The notes below the pieces were generated by a model, which worked only from the letters and a program-made list of their open reading frames with translations, did not search any database and was not told where the DNA came from. From Acidobacteriota bacterium (GTDB taxonomy: Bacteria > Acidobacteriota > Blastocatellia > RBC074): DNA of 64,000 nucleotides. A program made the translations under genes and the position numbers. The stretch is from assembly GCA_033763255.1 (NCBI GenBank), contig JANRKX010000046.1, forward strand, positions 166,471 to 230,470. Direction: 5' to 3'. This document shows positions 19,400 to 29,322 of the stretch, piece by piece (position 1 is the first letter of the stretch; every line of letters begins with the position of its first letter).

Positions 19400-20761
19400 C
19401 TAACGATGCTGCAACGCTCGTTCGACGGCGCGCGAAGGAATGATCGTCCCCCAGCCTTGCCGATTTACTTCGACACTTTCCAGGCGGATGGCCGTATCCA
19501 TCAATATGCGTTTGACCTGCTGAGGCGTCAGGCGCGGATTGGCTTCCAGCATTTGCGCGACGACGGACGAAACAATCGGCGCGGCGAAGCTGGTTCCGTC
19601 CACGTGTTTGTAATGGCCGCTGATGACGTTGGCGTCATGGAGTTTGATCGAAACCAGTTGGCGAATCAGATAGGCGGGCAAATCGCTGGCGGCGTCGAGT
19701 TGTTGGTCAATGCCGGGATGCGCTTTCAGCACGTCGCGCAATTCGGCATCTGGCGAATCCTGCAACAAATCGTAGAGTCTGGCTTCGGCGGCGGTCGGAG
19801 TTCCAGGCAAAATTGGCGCAGCCAGCCAGATGCTTGGGGCAACGATTTCCGGTTTCTGCAATCCGTCAATCGTCGGGCCGTACGAAGAGTGATAAGCCGC
19901 GTTGTCTTTCAGCTCAAGCGTGTTTTTGTCGTTGAACCCGCCAACCGTTATAACCGATGGCGCAGATGCAGGCGGCAATACGGCGTGATCGTTTCCGCCG
20001 CCGGAATTTCCCGCCGCGCAAACGACGACGATACCTTCTTTGACGGCGCGTTCGGCGGCTTGGGACAAACCGTCGGTCAGATACGAAGCTTCGTAATCGC
20101 CGCCGCAGGAAACATTGACGATACGAATGTTGTGTTCGGCGCGATGTTCGATCACCCATTCCAATCCGCGCTGAATGTCTTCGTGAACGATGCGATTGGC
20201 CGAACCGACTTTGACCAGCACCAGATTGGCTTCGCACGCCAGTCCGCGATACGCGCCGCCAGACAAATGCCCGTTGCCTGCCGCCACTACCGAAGTCATC
20301 AATCCATGCCAACTAGAATCGTTCGGTTCGAGAAATTCCTTTTGATCGGAGAAGGGCCAACTAGAGTCATTCGGTTCTTTGAATTCGCGTTCGTCGAAAT
20401 TCGGATTCGCCACATTGGCATAGCGCAAAATTCGGTTGCGAGGTTCGACCAGATCAGGATGTGGATAAAAGCCCGAATCCAGAAAGGCTATGGTTACGCC
20501 GCGACCGGCGAAACGTTCATTGGCTCCGACGCGCAACGGCGTAGGCAAAATGTGATATTCGCCGTCGTGAAAAATTTTCGGATTGGCGGCCATCCGTTCG
20601 CGCGCTCCGCGAAACAGATCGAAACAGGGCTGACAAAGCCCCTGTTCCGGCTGCCAGCCCGGTTCGTTGGATTGAATCAGGGAAATGAGCGATTCGTCCG
20701 CATTGTGCAAAGGCTGACGCCCGGAGCGGCTGCACAGCGGACACGATTCGTGAGACATCAT
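19400..20761 (-). CDS. Cytoplasmic S8 (subtilisin-family) serine peptidase with N-terminal Cys4 zinc-ribbon
   Basis: No signal peptide. The N-terminus has CPLC..(35 aa)..CQPC. S8 motifs are FLDSGF (Asp), HGLMTSVVAAG (His) and GTSFAAPIVSSVVAQM (Ser). Confidence 0.8.
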   Translation of the reverse strand: MMSHESCPLCSRSGRQPLHNADESLISLIQSNEPGWQPEQGLCQPCFDLFRGARERMAANPKIFHDGEYHILPTPLRVGANERFAGRGVTIAFLDSGFYPHPDLVEPRNRILRYANVANPNFDEREFKEPNDSSWPFSDQKEFLEPNDSSWHGLMTSVVAAGNGHLSGGAYRGLACEANLVLVKVGSANRIVHEDIQRGLEWVIEHRAEHNIRIVNVSCGGDYEASYLTDGLSQAAERAVKEGIVVVCAAGNSGGGNDHAVLPPASAPSVITVGGFNDKNTLELKDNAAYHSSYGPTIDGLQKPEIVAPSIWLAAPILPGTPTAAEARLYDLLQDSPDAELRDVLKAHPGIDQQLDAASDLPAYLIRQLVSIKLHDANVISGHYKHVDGTSFAAPIVSSVVAQMLEANPRLTPQQVKRILMDTAIRLESVEVNRQGWGTIIPSRAVERALQHR

Positions 20762-20773
20762 TGTCGAGCCGGG

Positions 20774-21148
20774 TTATTGCCTGCCCAGCGCAGCGGTGAT
20801 GCCGCGTCGCATGTTGTCCAGGCCGGAAGCTTTGTTGATGAAGGAAGTGTTGTCATCCACCGGAATGCCAGTCAGTCCGCGCGTTGTGCGGTCGGCGGTG
20901 GAAATGATGACCGGAATATGTTTCAGCGCATCGTTCTGCCGAATGTGTTTCAAAACTTCGTAACCTTCCACAAACGGCATGTTGACGTCCAGAATGACAA
21001 GCTGGAAATCACTGTCGCCGGTCAGAATTTCAATCGCCTGTCGGCCATCTTCGGCTTCGACCACTTTCAGATTTTCCGCTTCAGCCACCGCCGTCCACAG
21101 CACGCGAGCATCGCGGTCATCATCGGCAATTAACACACGTTCGGGCAT
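20774..21148 (-). CDS. Single-domain response regulator (CheY-like receiver)
   Basis: VLIADDDRDARVL...ILDVNMPFVEGYEVLKHIR...PVIISTA. Confidence 0.85.
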   Translation of the reverse strand: MPERVLIADDDRDARVLWTAVAEAENLKVVEAEDGRQAIEILTGDSDFQLVILDVNMPFVEGYEVLKHIRQNDALKHIPVIISTADRTTRGLTGIPVDDNTSFINKASGLDNMRRGITAALGRQ

Positions 21149-21240
21149 TCGACTTCCTCCTGAATTTAATCAATTGTTGGGTATGGGAAAGACAAGCGCA
21201 ATCTAGCACGGCTGATAGCAAAGGCTCAACGAGTGGGCGA

Positions 21241-21828
21241 TCAAGCATTCGACTTCATCCGTCCATACAGCCAGGCTTTGGCCGAAGCCCAATCTCGTTT
21301 GACGGTCGCCAACGATACTCCCAGCACATCGGCGATTTCCTGTTCGGTCAATCCGCCGAAATATCGCAATTCGACGACCTGTGCGGCGCGCGGATCAATC
21401 AGCGCAAGATCGTTCAAGGCTTCATCCAATGACAGCAAATCAATTTTTCGATTCAGAAAATTTGCAGGCGACAAGCTGTTCGCCGCTTCTTCTACCCAAC
21501 GCTGATCGCCATTGTTGCGAACCTGGCGATGACGCGCTGCGTCAATCAAAATGCGTCGCATGGCATTCGACGCGACAACGAAAAAATGCGCGCGACATTG
21601 CCATTCCACTTGCGCGCCGCCAATCAACCGAACAAAGGTTTCATTGACCAGAGCCGTGGCCGACAGCGTTTGATAGCCGTGTTCTCCGGCAAGATAACTT
21701 TTCGCGCGCTGGCGCAATTCGGCATAAACCAATTCTGTAATTTGTTCTGCGGCATGGTTGTCACCTTCACGCCAAGCCAGCAGCAATGTGGTGAAATCCG
21801 GTGAGGACAAGGCCGTAACCTCCATCAA
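21241..21828 (-). CDS. RNA polymerase ECF sigma factor (STK-associated Sig70_X6/TIGR02999-like)
   Basis: [32 protein letters not shown]...[15 protein letters not shown] and a C-terminal region-4 HTH ([20 protein letters not shown]). Confidence 0.8.
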   Translation of the reverse strand: MMEVTALSSPDFTTLLLAWREGDNHAAEQITELVYAELRQRAKSYLAGEHGYQTLSATALVNETFVRLIGGAQVEWQCRAHFFVVASNAMRRILIDAARHRQVRNNGDQRWVEEAANSLSPANFLNRKIDLLSLDEALNDLALIDPRAAQVVELRYFGGLTEQEIADVLGVSLATVKRDWASAKAWLYGRMKSNA

Positions 21829-21932
21829 TTAACGTAATTTGTTTCGTGGAAGTGAGCTGTTTGCTCTGATTCGTCCGCATTATACTTGCGAAGAATGGAT
21901 GAACAACGTTTCTCACCCAACTCCTTTGAGCA

Positions 21933-24900
21933 ATGAACATTGACCAGTGGCGACAAGTGAAAGAAATCTTCGAAGCCTCGTTGGATTGCGAGCCGCCGGT
22001 GCGCGTGCAATTCATCGCCGAACACAGCAATGGCGATCAGGCCATCCGGCAAGCGGCGGAAAAAATGCTCAGCGATTTCGCCGAATCCGGCGATTTTCTG
22101 GAAGAACCGGCGCTGGTCGAACTCGGACTCGACGGTGTGCAATTCGATCCCGGCTACGAACAAGGTCGCCGCATCGGCCCTTACCGCATTGTCAGCGAAA
22201 TCGGGCAAGGCGGCATGGGCGCAGTGTATCTGGCCGAACGCGCCGACGACGCTTATGAAAAGCGCGTCGCCATCAAGATGGTCTGGCCGGGCGGCATTCG
22301 TTCGGAAATCAATCGGCGATTCAATATCGAACGTCGCGTGCTGGCTGCGCTGGAACATCCGAACATCGCTCGTTTGCTGGATGGCGGCGTCACCGAAGAC
22401 GGCTGGTCTTACGTGGTGATGGAATATGTGGATGGTGTGCCAATCACCGAATACTGCGACCGCCAAAAACTTTCCATCGCCGAACGTTTGAAGCTCTTTC
22501 AATCGGTCTGCGAAGCCGTGCAATACGCTCACCAAAACCTGATCGTTCACCGTGACCTGAAACCATCGAACATATTGGTGACGAACGCGGGCGAAGTGAA
22601 GCTGCTGGATTTCGGCATTGCCAAAATTCTCGATCCGACCGACGACGCTTCCGGCCAATCACCGACCTTGCTGAATTTCCTGACGCCGGAATACGCAAGC
22701 CCCGAACACATCGCCGGCCAGCGCATCACCACGGCCAGCGATGTATACAGTTTGGGCGTGCTGCTGTATGAACTGCTGACCGGCGCGCGCCCATTTAACC
22801 CGACTTCGCGTTCGCCGCAGGAACTGATCCGATTGATCGAAACGCACGAACCTGCTCGCCCCAGCCAGGTGTCTGTTCAGCTTGACGCCGCCACGCGAAA
22901 ACAACTGCGCGGCGATCTGGATAACATCATCCTGAAGGCGCTGCAAAAAGAACCTCTCCGACGGTATCAATCCGCCCGCCAATTTAGCGAAGACATCGCG
23001 CGTCACCTCAACGGCGAACCTGTCATTGCCCGCGAAGCGACGCTGTCGTATCGGCTGGGCAAATTTACAAGGCGCAACTCTGGGAGAGTAGCGATTTTAT
23101 TTTTGGTCTTGCTGGCGCTGCTTGGAGTGAGTTTTTACTACGCTCAACAAGCTAAACTTGCGCGCGCAGAAGCTCGACGACAACGTCAGGAAATTTATGC
23201 TTCACGCATGCAACTCGCAGCACAAGAATTGGATGCTGGCAATCTTGCGCGCGCACGAGATTTGGTTGAGCAATACTTTCTAAGCTCTTCCCAAGAGAAT
23301 GATGAAGATTGGCGGGGGTTTGAATGGTATGCACTTTGGCACGCAACACACACTGGGCTGAAAACAATACGTCACCCTGGCTACGATTTCGATGGCGATG
23401 TAAGTCCTGACGGAAAAAAACTTTTTCTTCGTTCACGGTCTGGTGAAATAGTCGTATATGACCTGCAAGCAGAGCAAATAGAGTTTGTGCTAGCAAACCA
23501 AGGCGATTGGATAGCTCAGCTTGATGTCTCGCGGGATGGGCGACGCTTGGCAGCGAGTGGCCGTGTTCATGGTGTAGTCAGGGTTTGGGACATTTCCACA
23601 CGACGCGCTTTATGTGAAATCAATGCTCACGATAACGGAACTTATACTGTTGCGCTCAGCCCAGATGGAAAATTGCTTGCAACCGGCAGCATTGATGGTT
23701 CGGCAAAAATTTGGGACGTTGAAACTGGACAACTTTTGCATGACAGAAAGTTCGAACGATGGGTTCGTTATGTCGCTTTTTCGTCCGACGGAAAGCAATT
23801 GGCTTTCGCCAGCGCAAAGGCTTATCCCACTGGTGTGCTTACACTGCTCAATGCCCATACTTTCCAGATCACAACAACAATCGAGTTAAGTTCTGCGCTG
23901 CAACGGTTTCAATTTTCGTCCGATGGAAAGTTGCTGGTCGGTGCTCCGCGCGACGGCAAAGTGCGTGTTTGGGAAGTTGACACACAAAAGTTGTTGCATG
24001 AGTTCTCTGCTCACCAAGGAATCGTTTGGGATGTCGCATTTTCACCCGACAACAAATTGGTTGCTTCTCGTGGGGATGACGGGAATTTAAGTGTTTCGGA
24101 TTTGACCCAGCACAAGGACAACGTATGGACAAAAGGATATGGCGACGCCGAAATTATGTCGGTAGCTTTCTTGCCTAACCAAATCGGCAACTACGTTGTT
24201 GTCACTTGTGGATATGATGGAACCACTTTTTGGAACTTAGCCGAGGTAAGGGCGACCTCTGAAACAGCAATGGCTCCAGACCAAATAAACGCCATCGCAA
24301 TTTCGCTGGATGGCAGATTGCTGGCTTCAACAGGTAGAGGGTTCACCAAATTATGGACTTTTCCCAACATCAAAGAACTGGCCGGAGGTTATACCGCGCC
24401 GGGTGATTACACAATTGCCTTTTCACCTGATGGACGATGGTTAGTGACAGGGAGCGGTTACATTGGGTTGTCGGGCTTGATTCGGTTACGCGAAGCAGCA
24501 ACAGGGGAAGTATGTTTTTCCTGGCAAGGGCATGGCAGTGAAATCAAAAGTGCAGCTTTTTCTCCCGATGGCAGAATGCTGGCAACAGTTGGCGATTCGA
24601 TGATAAAGGTTTGGGGGATTCCGTCGGGCCAATTGCATATGCAAATCAAGGCTCACAATTATCAAAGTATTTCTGTAGCATTTTCACCTGATGGCAGGCG
24701 ACTGGTGAGTGGTGGGTACGATGCATTGGCAAAAGTCTGGGACGTCATAAACGGAAGAGAATTATTGACTTTGAACGGTCATCCGTATCAGGTAAACGCA
24801 GTGCTCTTTTCTCCACAGGGAAATTTAGTTGCCACAGCCAGCGCCGATCATTTGATTAAGCTTTGGGACGCAACAAATGGAAGAGAAATTCATACACTCA

Positions 24901-25166
24901 TTGGGCATTCGCGTGAAGTAAAAGCCATTGCTTTTTCCCCAGATGGAAGTCGTTTGGCATCAGCCGGCATGGATCGTACAGTTAGAATATGGGATGTCGA
25001 AAGCGGGTTGCCGCTGACGACGTTTCAAAGCGATAACGAATCGTCCACGTCTATTGCTTTTTCTCCAGATGGTAAGTTTCTCATAGCTGGAGGCACAAAG
25101 GGGACTTTACAAATTTGGCGGGCGGCAACGGAAGAAGAAATCCGTGCATTGCCTATCAAGCACTGA
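21933..25166 (+). CDS. Serine/threonine protein kinase with TM segment and C-terminal WD40 beta-propeller repeats
   Basis: Kinase motifs GQGGMGAVYLAE, HRDLKPSNILV, DFGIAKI and SPEH; one TM; then 14 or more WD40 repeats (WD dipeptides, GH..V..AFSPDG). It is divergent from the ECF sigma gene. Confidence 0.9.
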   Translation: MNIDQWRQVKEIFEASLDCEPPVRVQFIAEHSNGDQAIRQAAEKMLSDFAESGDFLEEPALVELGLDGVQFDPGYEQGRRIGPYRIVSEIGQGGMGAVYLAERADDAYEKRVAIKMVWPGGIRSEINRRFNIERRVLAALEHPNIARLLDGGVTEDGWSYVVMEYVDGVPITEYCDRQKLSIAERLKLFQSVCEAVQYAHQNLIVHRDLKPSNILVTNAGEVKLLDFGIAKILDPTDDASGQSPTLLNFLTPEYASPEHIAGQRITTASDVYSLGVLLYELLTGARPFNPTSRSPQELIRLIETHEPARPSQVSVQLDAATRKQLRGDLDNIILKALQKEPLRRYQSARQFSEDIARHLNGEPVIAREATLSYRLGKFTRRNSGRVAILFLVLLALLGVSFYYAQQAKLARAEARRQRQEIYASRMQLAAQELDAGNLARARDLVEQYFLSSSQENDEDWRGFEWYALWHATHTGLKTIRHPGYDFDGDVSPDGKKLFLRSRSGEIVVYDLQAEQIEFVLANQGDWIAQLDVSRDGRRLAASGRVHGVVRVWDISTRRALCEINAHDNGTYTVALSPDGKLLATGSIDGSAKIWDVETGQLLHDRKFERWVRYVAFSSDGKQLAFASAKAYPTGVLTLLNAHTFQITTTIELSSALQRFQFSSDGKLLVGAPRDGKVRVWEVDTQKLLHEFSAHQGIVWDVAFSPDNKLVASRGDDGNLSVSDLTQHKDNVWTKGYGDAEIMSVAFLPNQIGNYVVVTCGYDGTTFWNLAEVRATSETAMAPDQINAIAISLDGRLLASTGRGFTKLWTFPNIKELAGGYTAPGDYTIAFSPDGRWLVTGSGYIGLSGLIRLREAATGEVCFSWQGHGSEIKSAAFSPDGRMLATVGDSMIKVWGIPSGQLHMQIKAHNYQSISVAFSPDGRRLVSGGYDALAKVWDVINGRELLTLNGHPYQVNAVLFSPQGNLVATASADHLIKLWDATNGREIHTLIGHSREVKAIAFSPDGSRLASAGMDRTVRIWDVESGLPLTTFQSDNESSTSIAFSPDGKFLIAGGTKGTLQIWRAATEEEIRALPIKH

Positions 25167-25214
25167 ATCAGTCACTGATGTTATGCGCTAAAGAATCGAA
25201 CATTGGGTTTGACA

Positions 25215-25420
25215 CAGTTTTCGTCCCGGCAGGGACGGTTGATATTAGCCCGGCAGTTCACTGCCGGGAAAAGCAGCGAATGAATCAGCGTCCTGTCGGG
25301 ACGCTTGAGTTTCCGCCAGAACAGGATTCAAGCGTCCTTACAGGACGCGGCAGAGAAATGCTCTGCTACCCGGCGTTGAAACGCCGCGCTAATTTCAACC
25401 GTCCCTACCGGGACGAAGAA
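25215..25420. repeat. Cluster of five short palindromes (4x CGTCC-N5/6-GGACG plus cccggcag-ttca-ctgccggg) in a 3' UTR/intergenic region
   Basis: cgtcccggcagggacg (25218), cccggcagttcactgccggg (25246), cgtcctgtcgggacg (25290), cgtccttacaggacg (25334), cgtccctaccgggacg (25402). Confidence 0.4.
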
Positions 25421-25601
25421 ACTGTCAAACGCTTTATTTGATCTGCCATCGCGTAACGTGAATCCCCCCCAACCTGCCCGATTTATTCCAACACCAACAA
25501 AAAAATTTCCCGCCGCGTGAGCTGTTTTTCCCGCCTCGCTCGCATTCCAGTCAGTTAAAGCAAATCAGCTTTAACCCAGGTTTCGCCCCACTGAGGAAGG
25601 A

Positions 25602-26225
25602 ATGCCGAGTTTCAAAGCGTTCGTAATTGTCGTTTGGATCGCAGCGGTGTGCGCAATCTCGGGCTGGGCACAGAGCGCGCCGCCATCGGTCTTTATCGAA
25701 ACCGAACGCATCTTCAACCGGCAGGGCGAACCGTTTACGCAATTTGTGTTGACGCTCAATCGCAGTTTGCAACGCGCGCCAAACTATTCCTGGCAAGTGG
25801 CGGCGGACGGTTGGGCGGGCGGCGAAGACCCGTACTTTGCCCTTCGGCTCGAAGCCTGTCGCCGCGTTGAACGCGGAGCGCACGCCATCCAAAGCTGCGG
25901 CGGAATGGGCGTGTATTACGAAGTGCAAACGAACGGCGCTTCTCCCGTAGCCGCCATCAGCGCGGAAGCGGATTGGTTTCACGGGCGAGTGAAAAGCTAT
26001 GCGTCGTTTGAACGCGCGTTCATGGCGCCGACATTCAGTTATTACCACGCCGAAGCGTCGGCTGCTGCGTGGGAGCGAGGGCGATTTCGGGTTTCCGCAG
26101 GCGTTCTCAGCCGAACGATCCAGCGCGCAGCCGCAAAGCTCGCGCTGGATTTCGATCAGCGAGCGCAACTGTTCGCAACCGCAGGCAGCGGACAAGCGAC
26201 CGTGGGGGTGAGCCTCAGATTCTGA
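25602..26225 (+). CDS. Hypothetical secreted protein, possibly small outer-membrane beta-barrel (C-terminal Phe)
   Basis: Signal peptide, alternating hydrophobic pattern, terminal ...VGVSLRF. Confidence 0.4.
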   Translation: MPSFKAFVIVVWIAAVCAISGWAQSAPPSVFIETERIFNRQGEPFTQFVLTLNRSLQRAPNYSWQVAADGWAGGEDPYFALRLEACRRVERGAHAIQSCGGMGVYYEVQTNGASPVAAISAEADWFHGRVKSYASFERAFMAPTFSYYHAEASAAAWERGRFRVSAGVLSRTIQRAAAKLALDFDQRAQLFATAGSGQATVGVSLRF

Positions 26226-26249
26226 AAAGGGAGAAGATTTGGAAATCGC

Positions 26250-26645
26250 ATGTTGTTAGTCAAGGCACGAGTGGGAGCCAGCAACATTCACGGCTTTGGG
26301 CTGATCGCTCAGGAATTCATTCCCAAAGGAACCTGCATCTGGCGGTTTCAGTCAGGCTTCGATTTGCTGATTGGCGAAGACGAATTCTTGCGACTTTCCG
26401 CAGCGGTGCAGCACCAAGTACGGCATTACGCCTTTTTCGATGAAGCGCGGCGGGTTTACGTGCTTTCCAATGACGACGACCGCTTCACCAACCATTCCGA
26501 TAATCCGAATTCACAGGAAGAAATTGGAGGAGGCGGGTACAAGAGCTATGCCATACGTGACATTCAGGCGGGCGAAGAAATTACCTGTGATTACCGCATT
26601 TGGGGGAAAACCGATTTTCCCTTTCGCGAAGGCGGTCAGCGATGA
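26250..26645 (+). CDS. SET domain protein (bacterial SET-type lysine methyltransferase fold)
   Basis: GFGLIA...FTNHSDNPN...GEEITCDY: the SET N/H motif and the post-SET-like EELTxDY motif. Confidence 0.7.
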   Translation: MLLVKARVGASNIHGFGLIAQEFIPKGTCIWRFQSGFDLLIGEDEFLRLSAAVQHQVRHYAFFDEARRVYVLSNDDDRFTNHSDNPNSQEEIGGGGYKSYAIRDIQAGEEITCDYRIWGKTDFPFREGGQR

Positions 26646-26980
26646 AAGAAATTCTGCGCCCGTTATTGGTCGTGATTGCAATGGCCGCACTGACGACTAT
26701 GGGCGATTACTTTCTGAAACGCGCCAGTCTGCAACCGTCCATTTTCAATCGCTGGTTGGCGAGTGGGTGGTTAATTTATGGAGCCACTGCACTGGGTTGG
26801 GCTTGGACAATGCGTCATTTGAAACTGGCGACGCTTGGGGCTGTCTTTTCAGTTTCGATGGTTTTGTTGATGGCTCTGCTGGGGTTTCTGGTGTTTCGAG
26901 AAACGCTGAGCAAATCGGAAATCGTCGGCATCGTGTTGGCGCTAATTTCAGTTGGAATGCTGGCCAGGTTTTCCGATTAA
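26642..26980 (+). CDS. SMR/EamA-like 4-TM small membrane protein (ArnE/ArnF-like)
   Basis: Starts MKEIL, overlapping the SET stop. Four hydrophobic helices; TMGDYFLKRAS pattern. Confidence 0.6.
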   Translation: MKEILRPLLVVIAMAALTTMGDYFLKRASLQPSIFNRWLASGWLIYGATALGWAWTMRHLKLATLGAVFSVSMVLLMALLGFLVFRETLSKSEIVGIVLALISVGMLARFSD

Positions 26981-27010
26981 GGGCGAATCTTTGAAACAGG
27001 CAGATCAATT

Positions 27011-27361
27011 ATGAACCCAAATAATAACAATCTGGCAGTTGTCTATGCGCTGCTCATATTGATCGGGCTGACCAGCGGAGTCGGCGACATCTTGCTTTAC
27101 AAATGGGCGAAGGCTGCGCATTTCGGCTGGCTGTTGGCGGCGTATGCCGTCTGGTCGGTCAGCATCGCCTCGCTCGGATTGCTGTTCAAATTGGATCATT
27201 TCTCCTTTGGCGCGGCAGTCGTGCTGGCGACGGTCATTCATTTGGCCATCGGAGTTTGCTGGAGCTTGATGATGACCAGCGCCAAAGTCACCACGTTGGA
27301 AATCATCGGCTTGATTTTCGCCGCTATTGCCGTGGTCTTGCTGGAAATGGGGCGAGCATGA
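27011..27361 (+). CDS. SMR/EamA-like 4-TM small membrane protein (partner of preceding gene)
   Basis: 116 aa, four TM helices, GVGDILLYKWAK pattern. Confidence 0.6.
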   Translation: MNPNNNNLAVVYALLILIGLTSGVGDILLYKWAKAAHFGWLLAAYAVWSVSIASLGLLFKLDHFSFGAAVVLATVIHLAIGVCWSLMMTSAKVTTLEIIGLIFAAIAVVLLEMGRA

Positions 27362-27374
27362 GCGATCTGAGATT

Positions 27375-28271
27375 ATGCAAAACGATCTGTTTTCGAAATC
27401 CGAAATTCCTTCGATGTGTTTGCGCGACTTAAAGCGTACAGAAGCGTTTCGTTCAGCCATCAACCGGGTCGTCAAACCCGGCGATGTCGTTCTGGACGCC
27501 GGAGCGGGCAGCGGCATTCTGTCATTTTTCGCGGCGGCGGCTGGCGCGCGCAAGGTTTACTCCGTTGAGTACGATCCAGGCTTGGCGGAACTGCTTCGCC
27601 GGAACGCCGCGCGGAATGGCTTTGCCGAAGTCATCGAAGTCATCGCGGGCGATGTCCGCGAATTGCGATTGCCTGTGCAAGTGGATGTCTTGATCGCCGA
27701 ACTGATCGAAACCTGGTTGCTGGATGAATTGCAGATTCCAGCTTTGAACGCGTTGCGAGCCAACCGAGTTATTGGCTCAAAGACGAAGATGATTCCCGAA
27801 CGTTACGAAGCCTTCGCCACGTTCGGCCACTTGGATTTCGACTGTTACGGCTTTCAACTTCCGTTTCCGCTTCACAACTGGCCTTACCTGCCTGAATCCA
27901 CCGGATGGCAGATGTTGCCATTCCATCCACTGACGGAAGCTGTAAAAGCCTTCGAGCTTCGATTTAACCGGTACAGCGATCCGAATTTCCAAATGACGAT
28001 CCGCGCCAATTCAATTGCTGCTGGCAAGGTGAACGCGATGCGGCTTTCCGGCATGGCGTATCTGGTCAATGACCTGACGCTGGGCGCTACGGTCGCCCTT
28101 AACGGTGACAAAGTTATCCCGATTGAATCTTTCGACGTGCATCCAAACGAGCCTGTCAATTTGTCTCTTTCCGGCAACTGGGGAGCAGGATTAGCCAGGA
28201 TTTCCGCAACCATGAGTTTTCAATTTGTCTCCGATGATAATCGGCAAGTTGTCGGAGTTCGTCAGGTGTAG
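27375..28271 (+). CDS. Class I SAM-dependent methyltransferase with PRMT-like (protein arginine methyltransferase) motifs
   Basis: Motif I VLDAGAGSGILSFFAAAAGARKVYSVE, motif II / double-E-like VDVLIAELIETWLLDE, MIPERYEAF (cf. PRMT IFPDRATLY), and a C-terminal beta-rich domain. Confidence 0.6.
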   Translation: MQNDLFSKSEIPSMCLRDLKRTEAFRSAINRVVKPGDVVLDAGAGSGILSFFAAAAGARKVYSVEYDPGLAELLRRNAARNGFAEVIEVIAGDVRELRLPVQVDVLIAELIETWLLDELQIPALNALRANRVIGSKTKMIPERYEAFATFGHLDFDCYGFQLPFPLHNWPYLPESTGWQMLPFHPLTEAVKAFELRFNRYSDPNFQMTIRANSIAAGKVNAMRLSGMAYLVNDLTLGATVALNGDKVIPIESFDVHPNEPVNLSLSGNWGAGLARISATMSFQFVSDDNRQVVGVRQV

Positions 28272-28341
28272 GCGGATTTGGTTTCTGAGATAGCGCGTTC
28301 AAATCAGTGGTTGGGCCGATTTGAACGCGCTGGTTTGGGAG

Positions 28342-29322
28342 TTATTTCGCTTTGATAGCTTCGGTCAGAATTCGGCACATGGCGTTGCTGGGCGTTTCCA
28401 GCTTCAGCAATGCGGCCAGCGTAGGAGCAATGTCCGCCGGGCTGCTGACGGTGTGAAAGCTCCCTGCCGCAATGCCCGCGCCGTAAAAAATCACCGGCAC
28501 GTGCGTGTCGTATTTGTAGGGCGATCCGTGCGTTGTCGTCACCGATTCACCAACGAAATAAAACGGCTGGGTGATGATGACCAGATTGCCGTTGCGTTGC
28601 GGGTGAAAACCGTTGGTCACGCCTCGTGCGATGGGAGTGTTCGGCATTTGTCCCGCCAGAATCTGTGACCGCGTGAAGGCTTCGACAATCGCGGGCAGTT
28701 TCAGCAGCGCTTGGCTGGCGACCGCTTCGACTTCGGCGGCGTCGAGTTTGCGGCGTTCGATGGCCGCTTCGTCCAGGTACACATTGCCGTTGACGGTTTG
28801 CAGCACCCATTTTTCTTCGCCAAACCGTTGGTTCAATGCGGCGGTGAGGGCATCGTTGATTGGTTTGGCTTCGATTCGGCCACCGTATCCCAACTGTTGA
28901 ACCTGTTCGGGAATTGGCGCAACGCCGTGATCGGCGGTCAGCGCAATGACCACCTGATCCAATCCGATTTTCTTGTCCAGATAAGCGAACAATTCTGCCA
29001 GCGTGCGGTCGGTTCGCAACGTCATATCGTGAACTTCCTGGCTGTACGGCCCCATCGCGTGGCCGAGCAAATCGTTGGCCGAAAAGCTGATCGTCAACAA
29101 ATCCGTCACGTCGTCCGCGCCATCGCCGCTACGGCGCAAGCCATCATCGGCAACGCGACGGTCGTTCAACCAGCAAACGGAGGCTTCCTGACATTCTGGC
29201 CGAGCGACGCGACGCGCCCGCTGGTAGCAACCTCGAATTACGCAGCGGGATCCATTTTCAACCGCCACTTTACGGTTGGCCATCGGAGCCGATGGAGCCT
29301 TCAAGATGTTTGCACAAACCAC
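28342..29322 (-). pseudogene. 5'-truncated nucleotide pyrophosphatase/phosphodiesterase (AlkP superfamily, NPP-like) remnant
   Basis: The ISFSANDLLGHAMGP (D..GH..GP) motif normally sits ~200 aa into NPPs but here is at aa ~75. The N-terminal nucleophile region is missing, and the first ~70 codons of the ORF overlap a homologous repeat fragment on the opposite strand. Confidence 0.5.

Noticed and set aside
19283-21133. 616-aa + strand ORF antisense to the S8 protease and response regulator genes. Similar long antisense ORFs: 5858-7306 +, 13985-15601 +, 16652-17929 +, 31022-31744 -, 37460-38248 -, 40871-41647 -, 48721-49557 -, 50887-51951 -, 53162-54574 +, 54984-55832 +.
   Set aside because: The translations are Arg/Gly/Ala-rich with no motifs. 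Each lies opposite a strand-partner with clear family signatures. This is the typical stop-codon-poor antisense frame of a high-GC genome.
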